Counted from the stretch's first letter, positions 1-10,151 are shown. The stretch: 64,000 nucleotides of DNA from Chthonomonadales bacterium (GCA_049967475.1 JBMFSQ010000002.1:192001-256000), one strand, 5' to 3'. Numbers and translations are program-made. Notes: a model not told the origin generated them from the sequence alone.

Positions 1-411
1 CCTGGCAGCGGCAAGTGCGGCATCGCAGTCGTCACCAGCGATGGACGCATACTGCACCGGCAGATTGCGTCTTCTCCCTGCCTTCCAAACACGGTGGCCG
101 AGCTCTACGAGCGGTTCAAACCCGATGCGGTACTGGTAGGCAACGGCACCGGGGCTCGGCGCGCCCGCGAGTGTTGTTTGGCAAGGATCCCAGCGGAAGC
201 GCCCGTGCATCTTGTGGAGGAGCGCTTCACATCCGTGGAGGCCCGTCAACGATACCTGAAGGACCATCCTCCACGCGGCTGGCGCCGGCTCCTCCCAGCC
301 TTTGCCCGCGTTCCCGAAGACCCGTATGACGACTACGTCGCCATCATCCTGGCCGAGCGGTATTTCGCAGCCCTCACCCAACCGGGCGCCCAACCCATCC
401 AGGGTGCTTGA
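1..411 (+). CDS. YqgF/RuvX-like RNase H-fold nuclease, 5' truncated by window edge
   Basis: Frame open from base 1: PGSGKCGIAVV...VLVGNGTG...VEERFTSVEARQRY...DDYVAIILA, matching YqgF motifs. Confidence 0.75.
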   Translation, partial: PGSGKCGIAVVTSDGRILHRQIASSPCLPNTVAELYERFKPDAVLVGNGTGARRARECCLARIPAEAPVHLVEERFTSVEARQRYLKDHPPRGWRRLLPAFARVPEDPYDDYVAIILAERYFAALTQPGAQPIQGA

Positions 412-471
412 AGCGCTGCACCCGTACGTTCCCCGGCCCCGCCGCACTTCCACGGCGGGGCCGGGGCGCTT

Positions 472-690
472 CTACCGACCGGGCGACGCCGGGGGAGGGG
501 GAGGCATCATCGGCGGACCACCCCCCGCGGCGCCTGGATGCATGGGCGGAGCTAGGTTCACGTTCGGTGGCGGCGTGCCTTTGATAATTTTCGGGCCGGG
601 CGACCACTGCCGGAAGAACAGCACTCCTATCACCGCCAGCACAATAATCACCACCACGGCGACCAATGCAGGAGGAATTTCTTGTTTCAT
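472..690 (-). CDS. Small single-TM, Pro-rich protein (prepilin companion)
   Basis: AAGGAGG RBS; MKQEIPPALVAVVVIIVLAVIGVLFF then Pro-rich tail; directly downstream of prepilin gene. Confidence 0.75.
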   Translation of the reverse strand: MKQEIPPALVAVVVIIVLAVIGVLFFRQWSPGPKIIKGTPPPNVNLAPPMHPGAAGGGPPMMPPPPPASPGR

Positions 691-742
691 GTGACCTCCT
701 TTATAGATCCTATAAACACGGCAAAGAACACGAACGTCTCTG

Positions 743-1522
743 CTAAGGGTTCAGGATTGGGTCGGCGTTGCGGTCGTCCTGAACGGTCCATTCACTGGGA
801 TAGGTGCTTCCCCACCGGCGCGTTTTCACGTGGCCGTCTGTCCATATGATATTTTGCGAGGCGTTGAAGAACCCCTGGACGTTCGGATCCCGGGAAGTCC
901 AGTCTGTGCCGGTGCACGTCCAGTTGTTCCAACCGCGGTAGAGCGGATAGTCAATGTGGCCGTCTTGCCAACTGTCCGGGCAGTGACCGTCCACTACATA
1001 GATCGTCTCGGCAGGGTTCTGAAGAACCGCTAAGCTGGGATAGTGCCACCATGAGATGCCCCAGTGGGCGCCGGGGTTGTTGTCCTTCCATTTCGTGTAG
1101 TACCACGTGTCTACACCGTTGAGCATGTAGGAGAAAAAGAGGGTGTTGCCGTCCGGGCTCAGGTTGATGTTCAGCTGTTTGCAAACCCATGGTGCATTGG
1201 CGTCGTACGCAGCCTGAAGCTGTGGAGAGAGAAAAACCTGCGTGTTTTTTACGTACGGTTGCAGCAACGCAGGCCAGTACACCCATTGGCCAGGGGAGCA
1301 CCGGGGGTCGTTGTACGGGAGCCCGAAGCCCAGCATCTTTTCGTCGTAATCTTGGGCGTACATCATCAGGGCCAGTCCCTGCTGCTTCATGTTGCTCATG
1401 TCGGACGCCTGGCGTGCCTTTGTACGCGCCTGCGCAAACACAGGAAACAGGATCGCTGCCAAGATCGCGATGATCGCGATCACCACGAGCAGCTCGATGA
1501 GCGTGAACGCCGATCTTTTCAT
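743..1522 (-). CDS. Prepilin-type N-terminal cleavage/methylation, DUF1559-type protein
   Basis: [29 protein letters not shown]...SNMKQ...MYAQDYDE; C-terminal [20 protein letters not shown]. Confidence 0.9.
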   Translation of the reverse strand: MKRSAFTLIELLVVIAIIAILAAILFPVFAQARTKARQASDMSNMKQQGLALMMYAQDYDEKMLGFGLPYNDPRCSPGQWVYWPALLQPYVKNTQVFLSPQLQAAYDANAPWVCKQLNINLSPDGNTLFFSYMLNGVDTWYYTKWKDNNPGAHWGISWWHYPSLAVLQNPAETIYVVDGHCPDSWQDGHIDYPLYRGWNNWTCTGTDWTSRDPNVQGFFNASQNIIWTDGHVKTRRWGSTYPSEWTVQDDRNADPILNP

Positions 1523-1599
1523 GGATCACGATCTCCTTTCACAAGTTGGAGCCGATGCATAGGGAAACACCATACGTCAAGAGAAGCTCTCACCCCCTT

Positions 1600-2583
1600 C
1601 TACCTTTGCGTGGAAGCGCGGATGGCCAATATTGGCTGCAGCACGACGCCCTCGACAGCGGCATCCGGAGCCGCCATGCGCCGCTTGAGGAGGCTCCAAG
1701 CACTGTCGCACATCTCGTCCAAAGGCTGGATCACCGTAGTGATGGGAACCTCCAGATACTCCGTGTCCTCGATGCCGTCACATCCCACAATGGCTACATC
1801 GGTGGGCACACGCACTCCGAGATCGCATAGCCCGCGGTAGGCGCCGATTGCCATCTCATCGTTGTGGCAAAACAGCCCATCGGGCAACCCACGCGTAGCG
1901 GCATACGTGCGGATTGCCTCTCGTGCAGAGGACCGCCACTGATCCACCGCGATGATGTATTCCGTTGCAAACTGGAGCTCACGCGCCGCAGCGTCATACC
2001 CGTCGCGCCGAGCGTCACCTTGCTGACGCGACTCTGCATTCACGAGATACGCTATGCGCCGGCAGCCGATGGAGTGCAGGTGGACTACAGCCGCAAACGC
2101 ACCGGCGTAAAGATCCACCGCCACATGATCCACATGGCGAACCACGTAACCTCCCATGCTTACGACGGGGGTCCACCTCCGCGCCCGCTGGCGAAGGTAC
2201 ACCGCAAGTGCCCCAGCGCAATCATGGGCCACGATGCCGTCTATGTGCCCATGCCCTGTGCGCAGCGCTTGCGGCATCTGCTCCATGCACCGTACCAGAA
2301 CTTCATATCCCTCCGAATGGAGGCGAGTGTACACAAGGTGAGCAACTTGCGCATGAAAGCTGGCGTAGAGGTCGTTCATCCAGAGAGCGACGGTGCAGCT
2401 CCTACCCGTAACCAGAGCACGGGCTGAACGGTTGGGTTGATAACCCAATTCTTCAGCAAGCTGCCGCACGCGCCTTGCAGTCGCTTCAGACACCATTGCT
2501 TGCCGGTTCCCGCTCAACACTCGAGATACGGTGGATACGGAAACTCCAAGTTGTTGGGCAAGGTGTTTGAGTGTAACCGCCAC
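1600..2583 (-). CDS. LacI-family transcriptional regulator
   Basis: VTLKHLAQQLGVSVSTVSRVL HTH, LGYQPNRSARAL hinge, NDEMAIG, VPTDVAIVGCD; GTG start at 2583 inferred. Confidence 0.92.
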   Translation of the reverse strand: MAVTLKHLAQQLGVSVSTVSRVLSGNRQAMVSEATARRVRQLAEELGYQPNRSARALVTGRSCTVALWMNDLYASFHAQVAHLVYTRLHSEGYEVLVRCMEQMPQALRTGHGHIDGIVAHDCAGALAVYLRQRARRWTPVVSMGGYVVRHVDHVAVDLYAGAFAAVVHLHSIGCRRIAYLVNAESRQQGDARRDGYDAAARELQFATEYIIAVDQWRSSAREAIRTYAATRGLPDGLFCHNDEMAIGAYRGLCDLGVRVPTDVAIVGCDGIEDTEYLEVPITTVIQPLDEMCDSAWSLLKRRMAAPDAAVEGVVLQPILAIRASTQR

Positions 2584-2599
2584 GGCCGAATACTCTTTC

Positions 2600-2613
2600 T
2601 GCAAACGTTTGCA
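2600..2613. promoter_or_regulatory. LacI-type operator O1, TGCAAACGTTTGCA
   Basis: Perfect 14-bp palindrome with central CG, just upstream of the lacI start. Confidence 0.75.
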
Positions 2614-2665
2614 ATTGCGATCAAGCAAAGGCTGATCGGGGCAGCTACCGGATAGCGGCTATTGC

Positions 2666-2677
2666 GCAAACGTTTGC
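2666..2677. promoter_or_regulatory. LacI-type operator O2, GCAAACGTTTGC
   Basis: Second copy 65 bp from O1, overlapping the predicted transcription start. Confidence 0.75.
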
Positions 2678-2680
2678 AAC

Positions 2681-2709
2681 ATTCTACCACATTCCCCGCA
2701 ACCCGTCAA
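2681..2709 (-). promoter_or_regulatory. Sigma70 promoter of lacI-prepilin-companion unit
   Basis: Minus strand TTGACG (2709-2704), 17 nt, TAGAAT (2686-2681). Confidence 0.7.
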
Positions 2710-2732
2710 CAAACCCCCAAAACGCCCCCGCC

Positions 2733-3995
2733 TTAACCCGCATCCGAACGAAATGCCCAAACATCGCCGCATTCAATTCGCACCTTGGGCCCGCGGTAGA
2801 GCAGGTTGTCGCCATCCTCCGCGTATACGGCAAACCGGCCTTCAGCAGCCTTCTCGCCGCCCAGCCGCAGGCGCACGCGGCCCGGCCCAATCCCGGCATC
2901 GGCCTCGAACACACGGCTGCCCGCCTCGAATACTACGCGCCTCTGAAGCCACCGGGCGAAGATGCGGTTGGCGTCCAGGCTCGGCACGGGTCCGGCGCCG
3001 TACAGCACCCCGAATATGCGGTTCTGCCGCGTCACCCACCCCACAGCCACAATATACCGATCTGCTTCACCGCGGTTCGCCGTGAGGACGCGCTCAGGCG
3101 CGAACTCCCTTCCGTTGCGCGATAAGGTGTACCAGATGCGGTCCGTATTCCGGTGGAGCGCCATGAGGTACCAAACGTCGCTGCCTATACGGAACTTCTT
3201 CACGTCGTTCACCGCGTGGTCGGTGGCCAGTACCGGGCCGTCCAGGCTGAAGCGGCGGAAATCTCTGCTGGTGGCCCGGTAGAGGCGCCCCGGATTGCGC
3301 CCGTCATAAAAATAGAGGCGCAAAAGGCCATCCTCGTACAGAATGGCGTTACTGCCGTTGATGTCGGCCCGGGCGAAGGGTTCATATCCATCTATGACCA
3401 CCAGATCGGCGAAGCGAGCTTCATAGGGTCGGGAACCGTTCCACGTCGTCCCATCCGGGCTCGCAAAGCCGGCGGGCTTGTTCAGGCCGGAACGGTCCGG
3501 ATAGGCGGTACACATCATTTGATAGGATGCGTGGGCAACCCGAACCACGCTGCAGTTATTCACGTGAATGAACGCGCCATGATCAATCTCCAGGCGGCGG
3601 TCTCGAAATTGTACGAAATCCGGCGTCCATTGCGTGTAAACGCGATCATTAGGCGTGTCCACGCCGTCCCAGCCTCCGTACCAGATGCGCCAGCCTCGCC
3701 CATCGGGCAAAACGGTTGGAGCGTAAATGTTGCGGTATCTGCCTGGTCCGGCGTCTATCAGCGGGGCGGTTTCGTTCCACACCCAGTGGAGGCGCCCTGC
3801 CTGCCACACGGATGGATCGAAGGGCCCCGCCTCCACTCCGTGGATCACGATGCCGGAAGCATCCTCCCCGCATCGGCCCAGCTTGCGCATGGAAGCCCTC
3901 GAACCCCCGGCCTTAGGCCATGCTCCCATCGTGCCCGCAGCCACGATGCCAGCCTTCAACAAAAACTCTCGCCGAGTTCCACCTGCGTCATTCAT
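2733..3995 (-). CDS. Tat-exported protein, probable beta-propeller glycoside hydrolase-like
   Basis: TRREFLLKAG twin-Arg signal; NIYAPTV, WRIWYGGWDG, YRATSRDF, YTLSRNG propeller-like strands. Confidence 0.55.
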   Translation of the reverse strand: MNDAGGTRREFLLKAGIVAAGTMGAWPKAGGSRASMRKLGRCGEDASGIVIHGVEAGPFDPSVWQAGRLHWVWNETAPLIDAGPGRYRNIYAPTVLPDGRGWRIWYGGWDGVDTPNDRVYTQWTPDFVQFRDRRLEIDHGAFIHVNNCSVVRVAHASYQMMCTAYPDRSGLNKPAGFASPDGTTWNGSRPYEARFADLVVIDGYEPFARADINGSNAILYEDGLLRLYFYDGRNPGRLYRATSRDFRRFSLDGPVLATDHAVNDVKKFRIGSDVWYLMALHRNTDRIWYTLSRNGREFAPERVLTANRGEADRYIVAVGWVTRQNRIFGVLYGAGPVPSLDANRIFARWLQRRVVFEAGSRVFEADAGIGPGRVRLRLGGEKAAEGRFAVYAEDGDNLLYRGPKVRIECGDVWAFRSDAG

Positions 3996-4080
3996 TGTGT
4001 TGCCCCTCCTGCAACGGGGTTTCTCGCCGGCTAGCCAGTCCGTGCTCTCTCCCGATCGGCGGGCGGAAGGAAGCTTCAGC

Positions 4081-5622
4081 TCACGGCGCTTCCATGCCCA
4101 ACGTCAGAACCCAATCCCCCGGGCTGGGCGCCGTAACCTGCACATCGTGCCCAGCAGGCAGGCTCACGCGCGGACCGTATCGGCCCGTGCGGGGATCGAA
4201 CCAACGTCCCCGCGCAGCGCTGCGCATGCCGTCCAGAACGAGCCGGGCCTGCCCTTCTGGGAGATAGATCACGTACGTGCGGCCCGGATCCGCCAAACAT
4301 GCGCACCCAGGCGCCGTGCGGGGCATCGGCTGCAGCCGCCACCAGGGAATGCTGCGGAAGAAGCGCGCCAAGATGGACATCGTCTGATATAGGCGCCCCA
4401 GAGGCTTCACCGCCATGCCCCGTTCACTAAAGGTTACACCCACATCCTCGCGGCGCTGCCATCGCCGGGGCGGCACAACCTCATCGGCATAGGTGATCTG
4501 CCCTCCCGAAAGAGCCGCCATCCACATGCCTCTTCGCATGTTTGCGGCGTCCAGCCCAGCCTCTCGCTGGTAGTAATTCCCTTCCCAGAAGCATTCGTGG
4601 CACAGGATGGGCTTGCCTGCTTGCTTGAATAGGTCTGCGAGCCAGACGTACTTGGCCCAATCCAAATCGCTCAATTTGTCCTGCACCGTCACGTATCCGA
4701 ACCATGACGCATGCCAGAGGGAAGCGTCACCGGCGCGGAGGCAATGAACACTGATCAGGTGGCGCCCATGATCCAACTCGTAGAGGCGGCGGCCCAGGGA
4801 CTGCATCTGGGCACTCGAATACCCTTCTTCATATTCGCTCACCGGTTGGAACGTGGCATTCCAATACCCGCCCCAGCGCGCCACCCAGTAGTGCAGCAGC
4901 AGTTCCCGTTGATCGTCCTTGGGCGGCCCGGGCAAGTCGTTGGTTCCCCCCAGGATGCTGAAGGGGATCACGTACATCCCGCGGGCGCCTGCCTGCTCCA
5001 GAACGCGATCCAGCCGGCGCCAAACGTCAAAGTTGAAACGTGTGAAATCCATTCGGCCATTGGGCATGGGCATCCAGGCTGCATCGTCCTTGGTGAGATG
5101 CGGCCCTACGATGGCGTTAAAGCCGTTACGATGCAGAAAATCGAGCGTGCGGGACAAGGTAGGAACATCGAGCCGATCTACCCTCCACAGAAGGAACGCA
5201 GTCAGGTAAACAGGAGTACCGGAGGCGGTGGCGAACCAAAGCGGATTCTGCCCAACTCTCAGCGGACCTGGGATGCGGGAGTTGACGCACTGGAAGATGC
5301 CCATTCCGGTGAGCCCGGCATCTGCAGGGACGCTTCGGACAGACCAATGCCACGTCCCAACCTCGTCCGGCATGAACCGGATGCGCCACACGTCGCCGCC
5401 GTCATAGAAGCCCTCGGTGGCGTAGCGGCGCCCGGACGGAGAACGAAACTCTGCCTGCAACGTCACGCCGGTAAAGGGATTGCGAGGGACGGAGCGCGCG
5501 TGAAACTCCGCTTCCCACAATGCCCACCGGCCTACCTTCCGAACAGGATCCGCTGACCCCAGAGCAGCGCAGCCCATAACGAGGAGCGCGCAACCTATCC
5601 CCGCAATCGCCATTCGCAACAT
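4081..5622 (-). CDS. DUF5060/DUF4038 (apiosidase-like) secreted protein
   Basis: Signal peptide; GFYDGGDVWRIRFMP, YWVARWGGY, C-terminal RWFDPRTG...APSPGDWVL. Confidence 0.75.
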   Translation of the reverse strand: MLRMAIAGIGCALLVMGCAALGSADPVRKVGRWALWEAEFHARSVPRNPFTGVTLQAEFRSPSGRRYATEGFYDGGDVWRIRFMPDEVGTWHWSVRSVPADAGLTGMGIFQCVNSRIPGPLRVGQNPLWFATASGTPVYLTAFLLWRVDRLDVPTLSRTLDFLHRNGFNAIVGPHLTKDDAAWMPMPNGRMDFTRFNFDVWRRLDRVLEQAGARGMYVIPFSILGGTNDLPGPPKDDQRELLLHYWVARWGGYWNATFQPVSEYEEGYSSAQMQSLGRRLYELDHGRHLISVHCLRAGDASLWHASWFGYVTVQDKLSDLDWAKYVWLADLFKQAGKPILCHECFWEGNYYQREAGLDAANMRRGMWMAALSGGQITYADEVVPPRRWQRREDVGVTFSERGMAVKPLGRLYQTMSILARFFRSIPWWRLQPMPRTAPGCACLADPGRTYVIYLPEGQARLVLDGMRSAARGRWFDPRTGRYGPRVSLPAGHDVQVTAPSPGDWVLTLGMEAP

Positions 5623-5789
5623 CGCACGTCCTCCGCGATCGGGCCAGTTTAGGCTGAGCCGTGGAGCCTTCGCTCCTTAAGACCGGTGCAACACCCGGAA
5701 GGTTCTGCGGCTTGAGGCGGTAAGCAGAAGGCATTCGGCCGGTGCGGCGCGAACATCCTCCATACCCACACTGTATCCGAGGACGCATC

Positions 5790-6620
5790 ATGAACGAAAC
5801 CAGCCAACCCGGCCATCCTGGAAACCCGGCCAAGATCGTGTACCGCGGCGCCCATAAGCCCCAGCTTACAGCGGACGAGAAGCTTCTGGCGACACCCCTT
5901 CCCGAGCAGGCCCCCTTCATCCACACCGACCCGTGGCGAGTATTGCGCATCATGGGCGAATTCGTGGACGGCTTCGACGCCCTGGTAGACGTACACCGCG
6001 CCGTAACCATGTTCGGCAGCGCCCGAACCAAGCCCGATGATCCCGATTACGAGGCAGCCAGAAGCACGGCGCGCCTCTTGGGCAACGCAGGTTTCGATAT
6101 CATCACCGGCGGAGGGCCCGGCATCATGGAAGCCGGCAACCGGGGCGCGAAAGAAGCGGGGGCACGTTCCATCGGGTTGAATATCGAACTTCCCTTCGAA
6201 CAGCACGCCAATCCGTATATTGACATCGGCATCGAGTTCCACTATTTCTTCGTGCGCAAGATGATGTTCGTGAAATACGCGTGCGCCTTCGTCATCTTTC
6301 CCGGCGGCTTCGGCACGATGGATGAGCTGTTCGAGTCCCTCACCCTCATCCAAACAGGCAAGATACGCAACTTCCCCGTGATCCTGTACAATTCAGCATA
6401 TTGGGGAGGGCTGATCGAGTGGCTCCGTGACCGGATGCTGCGCGAAGGAAAGCTGAGCCCCCACGACCTGGATCTCATGACCGTGTCGGACAGCCCCGAG
6501 CATACGTGCGACCTGATCGTGAGTGCCATGCAGGACGAGAGCATCCGAGCCCCGAAGGAGGAGGCGGCGCGTTCCGAAGTGCGGCGCACTCTGGGCCGGG
6601 AAGCGCACAATCATGGCTGA
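5790..6620 (+). CDS. LOG-family (TIGR00730) nucleotide phosphoribohydrolase
   Basis: FGSAR, TGGGPGIMEAGN, YFFVRKMMF, PGGFGTMDE motifs. Confidence 0.92.
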   Translation: MNETSQPGHPGNPAKIVYRGAHKPQLTADEKLLATPLPEQAPFIHTDPWRVLRIMGEFVDGFDALVDVHRAVTMFGSARTKPDDPDYEAARSTARLLGNAGFDIITGGGPGIMEAGNRGAKEAGARSIGLNIELPFEQHANPYIDIGIEFHYFFVRKMMFVKYACAFVIFPGGFGTMDELFESLTLIQTGKIRNFPVILYNSAYWGGLIEWLRDRMLREGKLSPHDLDLMTVSDSPEHTCDLIVSAMQDESIRAPKEEAARSEVRRTLGREAHNHG

Positions 6621-6734
6621 CGGCCGGAGCCCACAGCGATCTTCCGCCGCACGGAACTTGACAGTCGCCGGTCAATTCGGCCATAACAAAACCGTAAAAT
6701 GCCGAAAGGCACAAATCCTGTAGGAGGTGCCCAC

Positions 6735-7319
6735 ATGCTGCAGCCACAAATGAAAGCTCCGGATTTCACCGCTACCGCAGTCGTAGACGGAACGTTCAAG
6801 AAGGTGTCCCTGTCCGATTACCGCGGTAAGTACGTGGTCCTTTTCTTCTACCCGCTGGACTTCACGTTCGTTTGCCCCACCGAGATCATCGCATTCAGCG
6901 ATCACATCGAGGAATTCCGCAAGCGCAACACGGAAGTGATCGGAGTATCCACAGACAGCGAGTTCTCGCACCTGGCGTGGATCCATACTCCCCGCAATAA
7001 GGGCGGCCTGGGAAACATTACCTATCCCCTCGTGGCGGACTTCTCCAAGAGCATCTCGCGTGACTATTGCGTGCTTCTGGATGCGGGAATGGCGCTCCGG
7101 GGGCTCTTCCTTATCGACAAGGAAGGCGTGATTCGCCACATGGTCGTCAATGACCTTGCCTTGGGGCGCAGCGTGGATGAGACTTTGCGCATGATTGACG
7201 CTCTGCAGCACTACGAGAAGTATGGCGAAGTGTGCCCGGCGGATTGGCATCCGGGCGATGAGGCCATCGTGCCCGATCCGGAAAAAGCGCTGGAGTACTT
7301 CGAGCACGCAGCCAAATAG
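6735..7319 (+). CDS. ahpC: 2-Cys peroxiredoxin (AhpC/Prx1)
   Basis: [14 protein letters not shown] and [17 protein letters not shown]. Confidence 0.95.
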   Translation: MLQPQMKAPDFTATAVVDGTFKKVSLSDYRGKYVVLFFYPLDFTFVCPTEIIAFSDHIEEFRKRNTEVIGVSTDSEFSHLAWIHTPRNKGGLGNITYPLVADFSKSISRDYCVLLDAGMALRGLFLIDKEGVIRHMVVNDLALGRSVDETLRMIDALQHYEKYGEVCPADWHPGDEAIVPDPEKALEYFEHAAK

Positions 7320-7479
7320 ACGCGCTTCACGTACCATCATCGGCGCCTGCTTGCACCGGTCTCGCCGCCGTGTGGGGCAGGCGTCGGAGTTTTTGCCGGT
7401 TTCGACGCATGGTCCCTCCGCAGCCTGCTGAGGATGGGCGCAGGCGATGGCCGCGGCCCCCCCAGCAAGGCGACATAGT

Positions 7480-7509
7480 TTGACGAATGCGCCCGCGCGC
7501 CGGTACAAT
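7480..7509 (+). promoter_or_regulatory. Sigma70 promoter of murJ (leaderless geometry)
   Basis: TTGACG-18-TACAAT, GTG at 7516 six nt downstream. Confidence 0.6.
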
Positions 7510-7515
7510 ACCGCC

Positions 7516-9153
7516 GTGATGGCTGCCGCCCCCAACTCACAGCAATGCGCTGCACCCTCCAGTACCCGCCGCATCGCCGGCGCAACGGCAGTCATGATGA
7601 CTGCTATCCTCGCCAGTCGTCTGCTGGGTCTGGTACGCAACGCCGTCATCTCTCACCAATTCGGCCAAAAGTTCTGGGCGGACGTATACTACGGCGCTTT
7701 CCAGATCCCAGACCTGCTGTTTTATCTCATCGCGGGCGGGGCGCTCTCCTCGGCGTTCATCCCCGTCTTTACCGAGTACATCACGAATGAGCGGCACGAA
7801 GAAGCCTGGCACATCTTCAGCACGGTCGCCTGCGTGATGTTTGTGGCGGTTGGGGTCTTCGTAATACTGGGCGAGGTGTTTGCTGCGCCTCTCGTGCGGT
7901 TGGTCAACCCCGGCTTCCAAGCCATACCCGGCAAGGTGGAAGCCACCGTTCCCCTCACCCGCATCGTGCTCCCGGCCCAGCTCTGCTTCTTTCTGGGCGG
8001 ATTGCTCATGGGGACACAGTATTCCCAGCAGAAGTTCCTGGTCCCTGCCCTTGGGCCCATCGTTTACAACCTAGGCATCATATTCGGAGGGATTGTCCTC
8101 GCTCCGTGGCTCGGCGTTGCGGGGTTATGCTGGGGGGCGCTGGGCGGCGCAGTCGTGGGGAATTTCGCTCTGCAGCTATGGGCCGTGGCCCGCAGCGGCA
8201 TGCGCTTCAGGCCTTCCTTTGAATGGCAGCATCCGGATGTAGTAAAGGTGTGGAAGCTCATGCTGCCTGTGGTTCTGGGAGTGGCCCTGCCTCAAGTGTC
8301 CATTTGGATCAATCGCGCATTCGCATCGGGCCTGGGCAACGGACCCATGGCGGCATTGAGCAATGCCAATCAATTCATGCAGGTACCGCTGGGCATCTTC
8401 GCCCAGGCGATGGCTGTGGCCATATTCCCCACGCTTTCGGCACTGGCGGCGCAGAAGCGGCATGGGGAATTGCGGGACACAGCCTCTTCGGGCATCCGCG
8501 CGCTCCTCTTCCTAACGGTGCCGGCCTCGATCCTCATGATTGTGCTGGCCGTCCCCATCGTGCAGCTCCTCCTTCAGGGAGGCCGGTACGGCCCGGACGA
8601 CACGGCTCTGGCGGCCTCTGCCCTCGCGTACTATTGCATCGGCATCTTCGCATGGTCGGCACAATCTATCCTCGCGCGAACCTTCTATGCCCTGCAAGAC
8701 TCCGTCACGCCGGTGGTAATCGGCACAGCAGTCACGTTCGTCTTCATCCCTATGAATTGGTTCCTGATGAAGCCCATGGGGATACGCGGTCTGGCGTTGG
8801 CCACGACGATTGCCGCCTCGCTCCACGTTTTCGTGATGGTGGGAGTATTGAGCCGTCGCCTCGGAGGCTTCCACATAGCGCGCATGGCGGCCTCGCTGAT
8901 GAAGACTCTTTGCGCCAGCGCCATCGCAGCGGTGGTTTGCGTTACAGCCGCTTCGCATCTAGGGAGCGCCGCACCAGCCGCCGAGAGCCACGTGAAGCTT
9001 CACGCCCTCGCAGTTATTGTGGTTGCAGGGGGGTGCGGTGTATTGGCCTATGTGGCGGCTGCCCGCATCCTGCACATTGAAGAGATGCATCTGGCGCTGG
9101 CATTGCTCCGCAGGCGCAGAGCTGCTCCCACGGCAGATGCATCTGGAAGTTGA
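7516..9153 (+). CDS. murJ: Lipid II flippase MurJ (MviN)
   Basis: SRLLGLVR, FQIPDLL...GGALSSAFIPVF, about 14 TM segments; start 7516 or 7519. Confidence 0.92.
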   Translation: MMAAAPNSQQCAAPSSTRRIAGATAVMMTAILASRLLGLVRNAVISHQFGQKFWADVYYGAFQIPDLLFYLIAGGALSSAFIPVFTEYITNERHEEAWHIFSTVACVMFVAVGVFVILGEVFAAPLVRLVNPGFQAIPGKVEATVPLTRIVLPAQLCFFLGGLLMGTQYSQQKFLVPALGPIVYNLGIIFGGIVLAPWLGVAGLCWGALGGAVVGNFALQLWAVARSGMRFRPSFEWQHPDVVKVWKLMLPVVLGVALPQVSIWINRAFASGLGNGPMAALSNANQFMQVPLGIFAQAMAVAIFPTLSALAAQKRHGELRDTASSGIRALLFLTVPASILMIVLAVPIVQLLLQGGRYGPDDTALAASALAYYCIGIFAWSAQSILARTFYALQDSVTPVVIGTAVTFVFIPMNWFLMKPMGIRGLALATTIAASLHVFVMVGVLSRRLGGFHIARMAASLMKTLCASAIAAVVCVTAASHLGSAAPAAESHVKLHALAVIVVAGGCGVLAYVAAARILHIEEMHLALALLRRRRAAPTADASGS

Positions 9154-9164
9154 GGCCTCGGCGG

Positions 9165-10151
9165 TTACCCGTTGAGATACTCTCGCAGGTGTCGGCGGCG
9201 CGCCACAGCGCGAAGGTGCTTCAGAGCCTGAGCCTCGATCTGCCGCACCCGTTCCCGCGAGAGTTTGAGTTCCTTTCCGATGTCCTGAAGAGCATGCCCT
9301 TCGCGGCTTGCGCCATCCATCCCGAAGCGCCGCCGCATCACGATGCGCTCGCGTTCGGACAGCGTCGCCAGAAGGCGCTCCAGTTCTTCGGTAAGCTCGC
9401 GCTGAAGGGCACACTCCTCGGGGTCGGCAGATTTCTCGTCGTTGATCAGAGCCCACAGGGGCGTACGTTCGCCTTCGCCTACCAGCGTGTCCAGAGACAC
9501 CACATCTTGGGCTGCCCTCAGCAATCCCTCCACACGGACAGGATCCATTTCCAGGCGTTCGGCGATCTGGTGGATGGTGGGTTCTTCGATGCCCTCCCGC
9601 ATCATTCTGGCTCGGGTGCGTTCGATTCGCCGCACGGCCTCGGACACGTGCGCCGGAACCCGGATCGAGCGGGACTTGTTGTCTATGGCGCGGCTGATGG
9701 CCTGCCTGATCCAATGGCTCGCGTAGGTGCTGAAACGAAAACCCCGTGTGGGATCGAAGCGCTCGCAGGCCGTCATGAGGCCGATGGCGCCTTCCTGCAC
9801 CAGATCATCGAAGGGGAGGAGCGGGCAGTGGTAGTTTCGCGCGATGCTCACCACCAGCCGCATGTTCGCCTCTACCAGCCGGCGCTTGGCCTCCGTATCG
9901 CCTTCCCGCACACGATGCGCCAGCTCAAGCTCCTCGGCGGCCGTGAGGAGGGGCTCTCGCGTGAGGCGCCCGATGTACGACGCGGGTTCCGGGGTACCTG
10001 GCGTCGTGTTATCCATTGCGGCAGGGGGGCCCTTCCGCGCCACATTGGCTCTTTCTACGCCATCGGCCGCACCCCGTGCCGCCCTCCGAGGGGAGGATGC
10101 CGTTAGGTGGGGGCGCAGATGGCTGCCGTCACGTCCGGGTGCGGCTCCCAT
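9165..10151 (-). CDS. Sigma70-family sigma factor, RpoD/RpoS-like without region 1.1
   Basis: PLLTAAEE, NMRLVVSIA, DLVQEGAIGL, GFRFSTYASHWIRQ, SRERVRQIE; start uncertain (10151 or 10016). Confidence 0.88.
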   Translation of the reverse strand: MGAAPGRDGSHLRPHLTASSPRRAARGAADGVERANVARKGPPAAMDNTTPGTPEPASYIGRLTREPLLTAAEELELAHRVREGDTEAKRRLVEANMRLVVSIARNYHCPLLPFDDLVQEGAIGLMTACERFDPTRGFRFSTYASHWIRQAISRAIDNKSRSIRVPAHVSEAVRRIERTRARMMREGIEEPTIHQIAERLEMDPVRVEGLLRAAQDVVSLDTLVGEGERTPLWALINDEKSADPEECALQRELTEELERLLATLSERERIVMRRRFGMDGASREGHALQDIGKELKLSRERVRQIEAQALKHLRAVARRRHLREYLNG

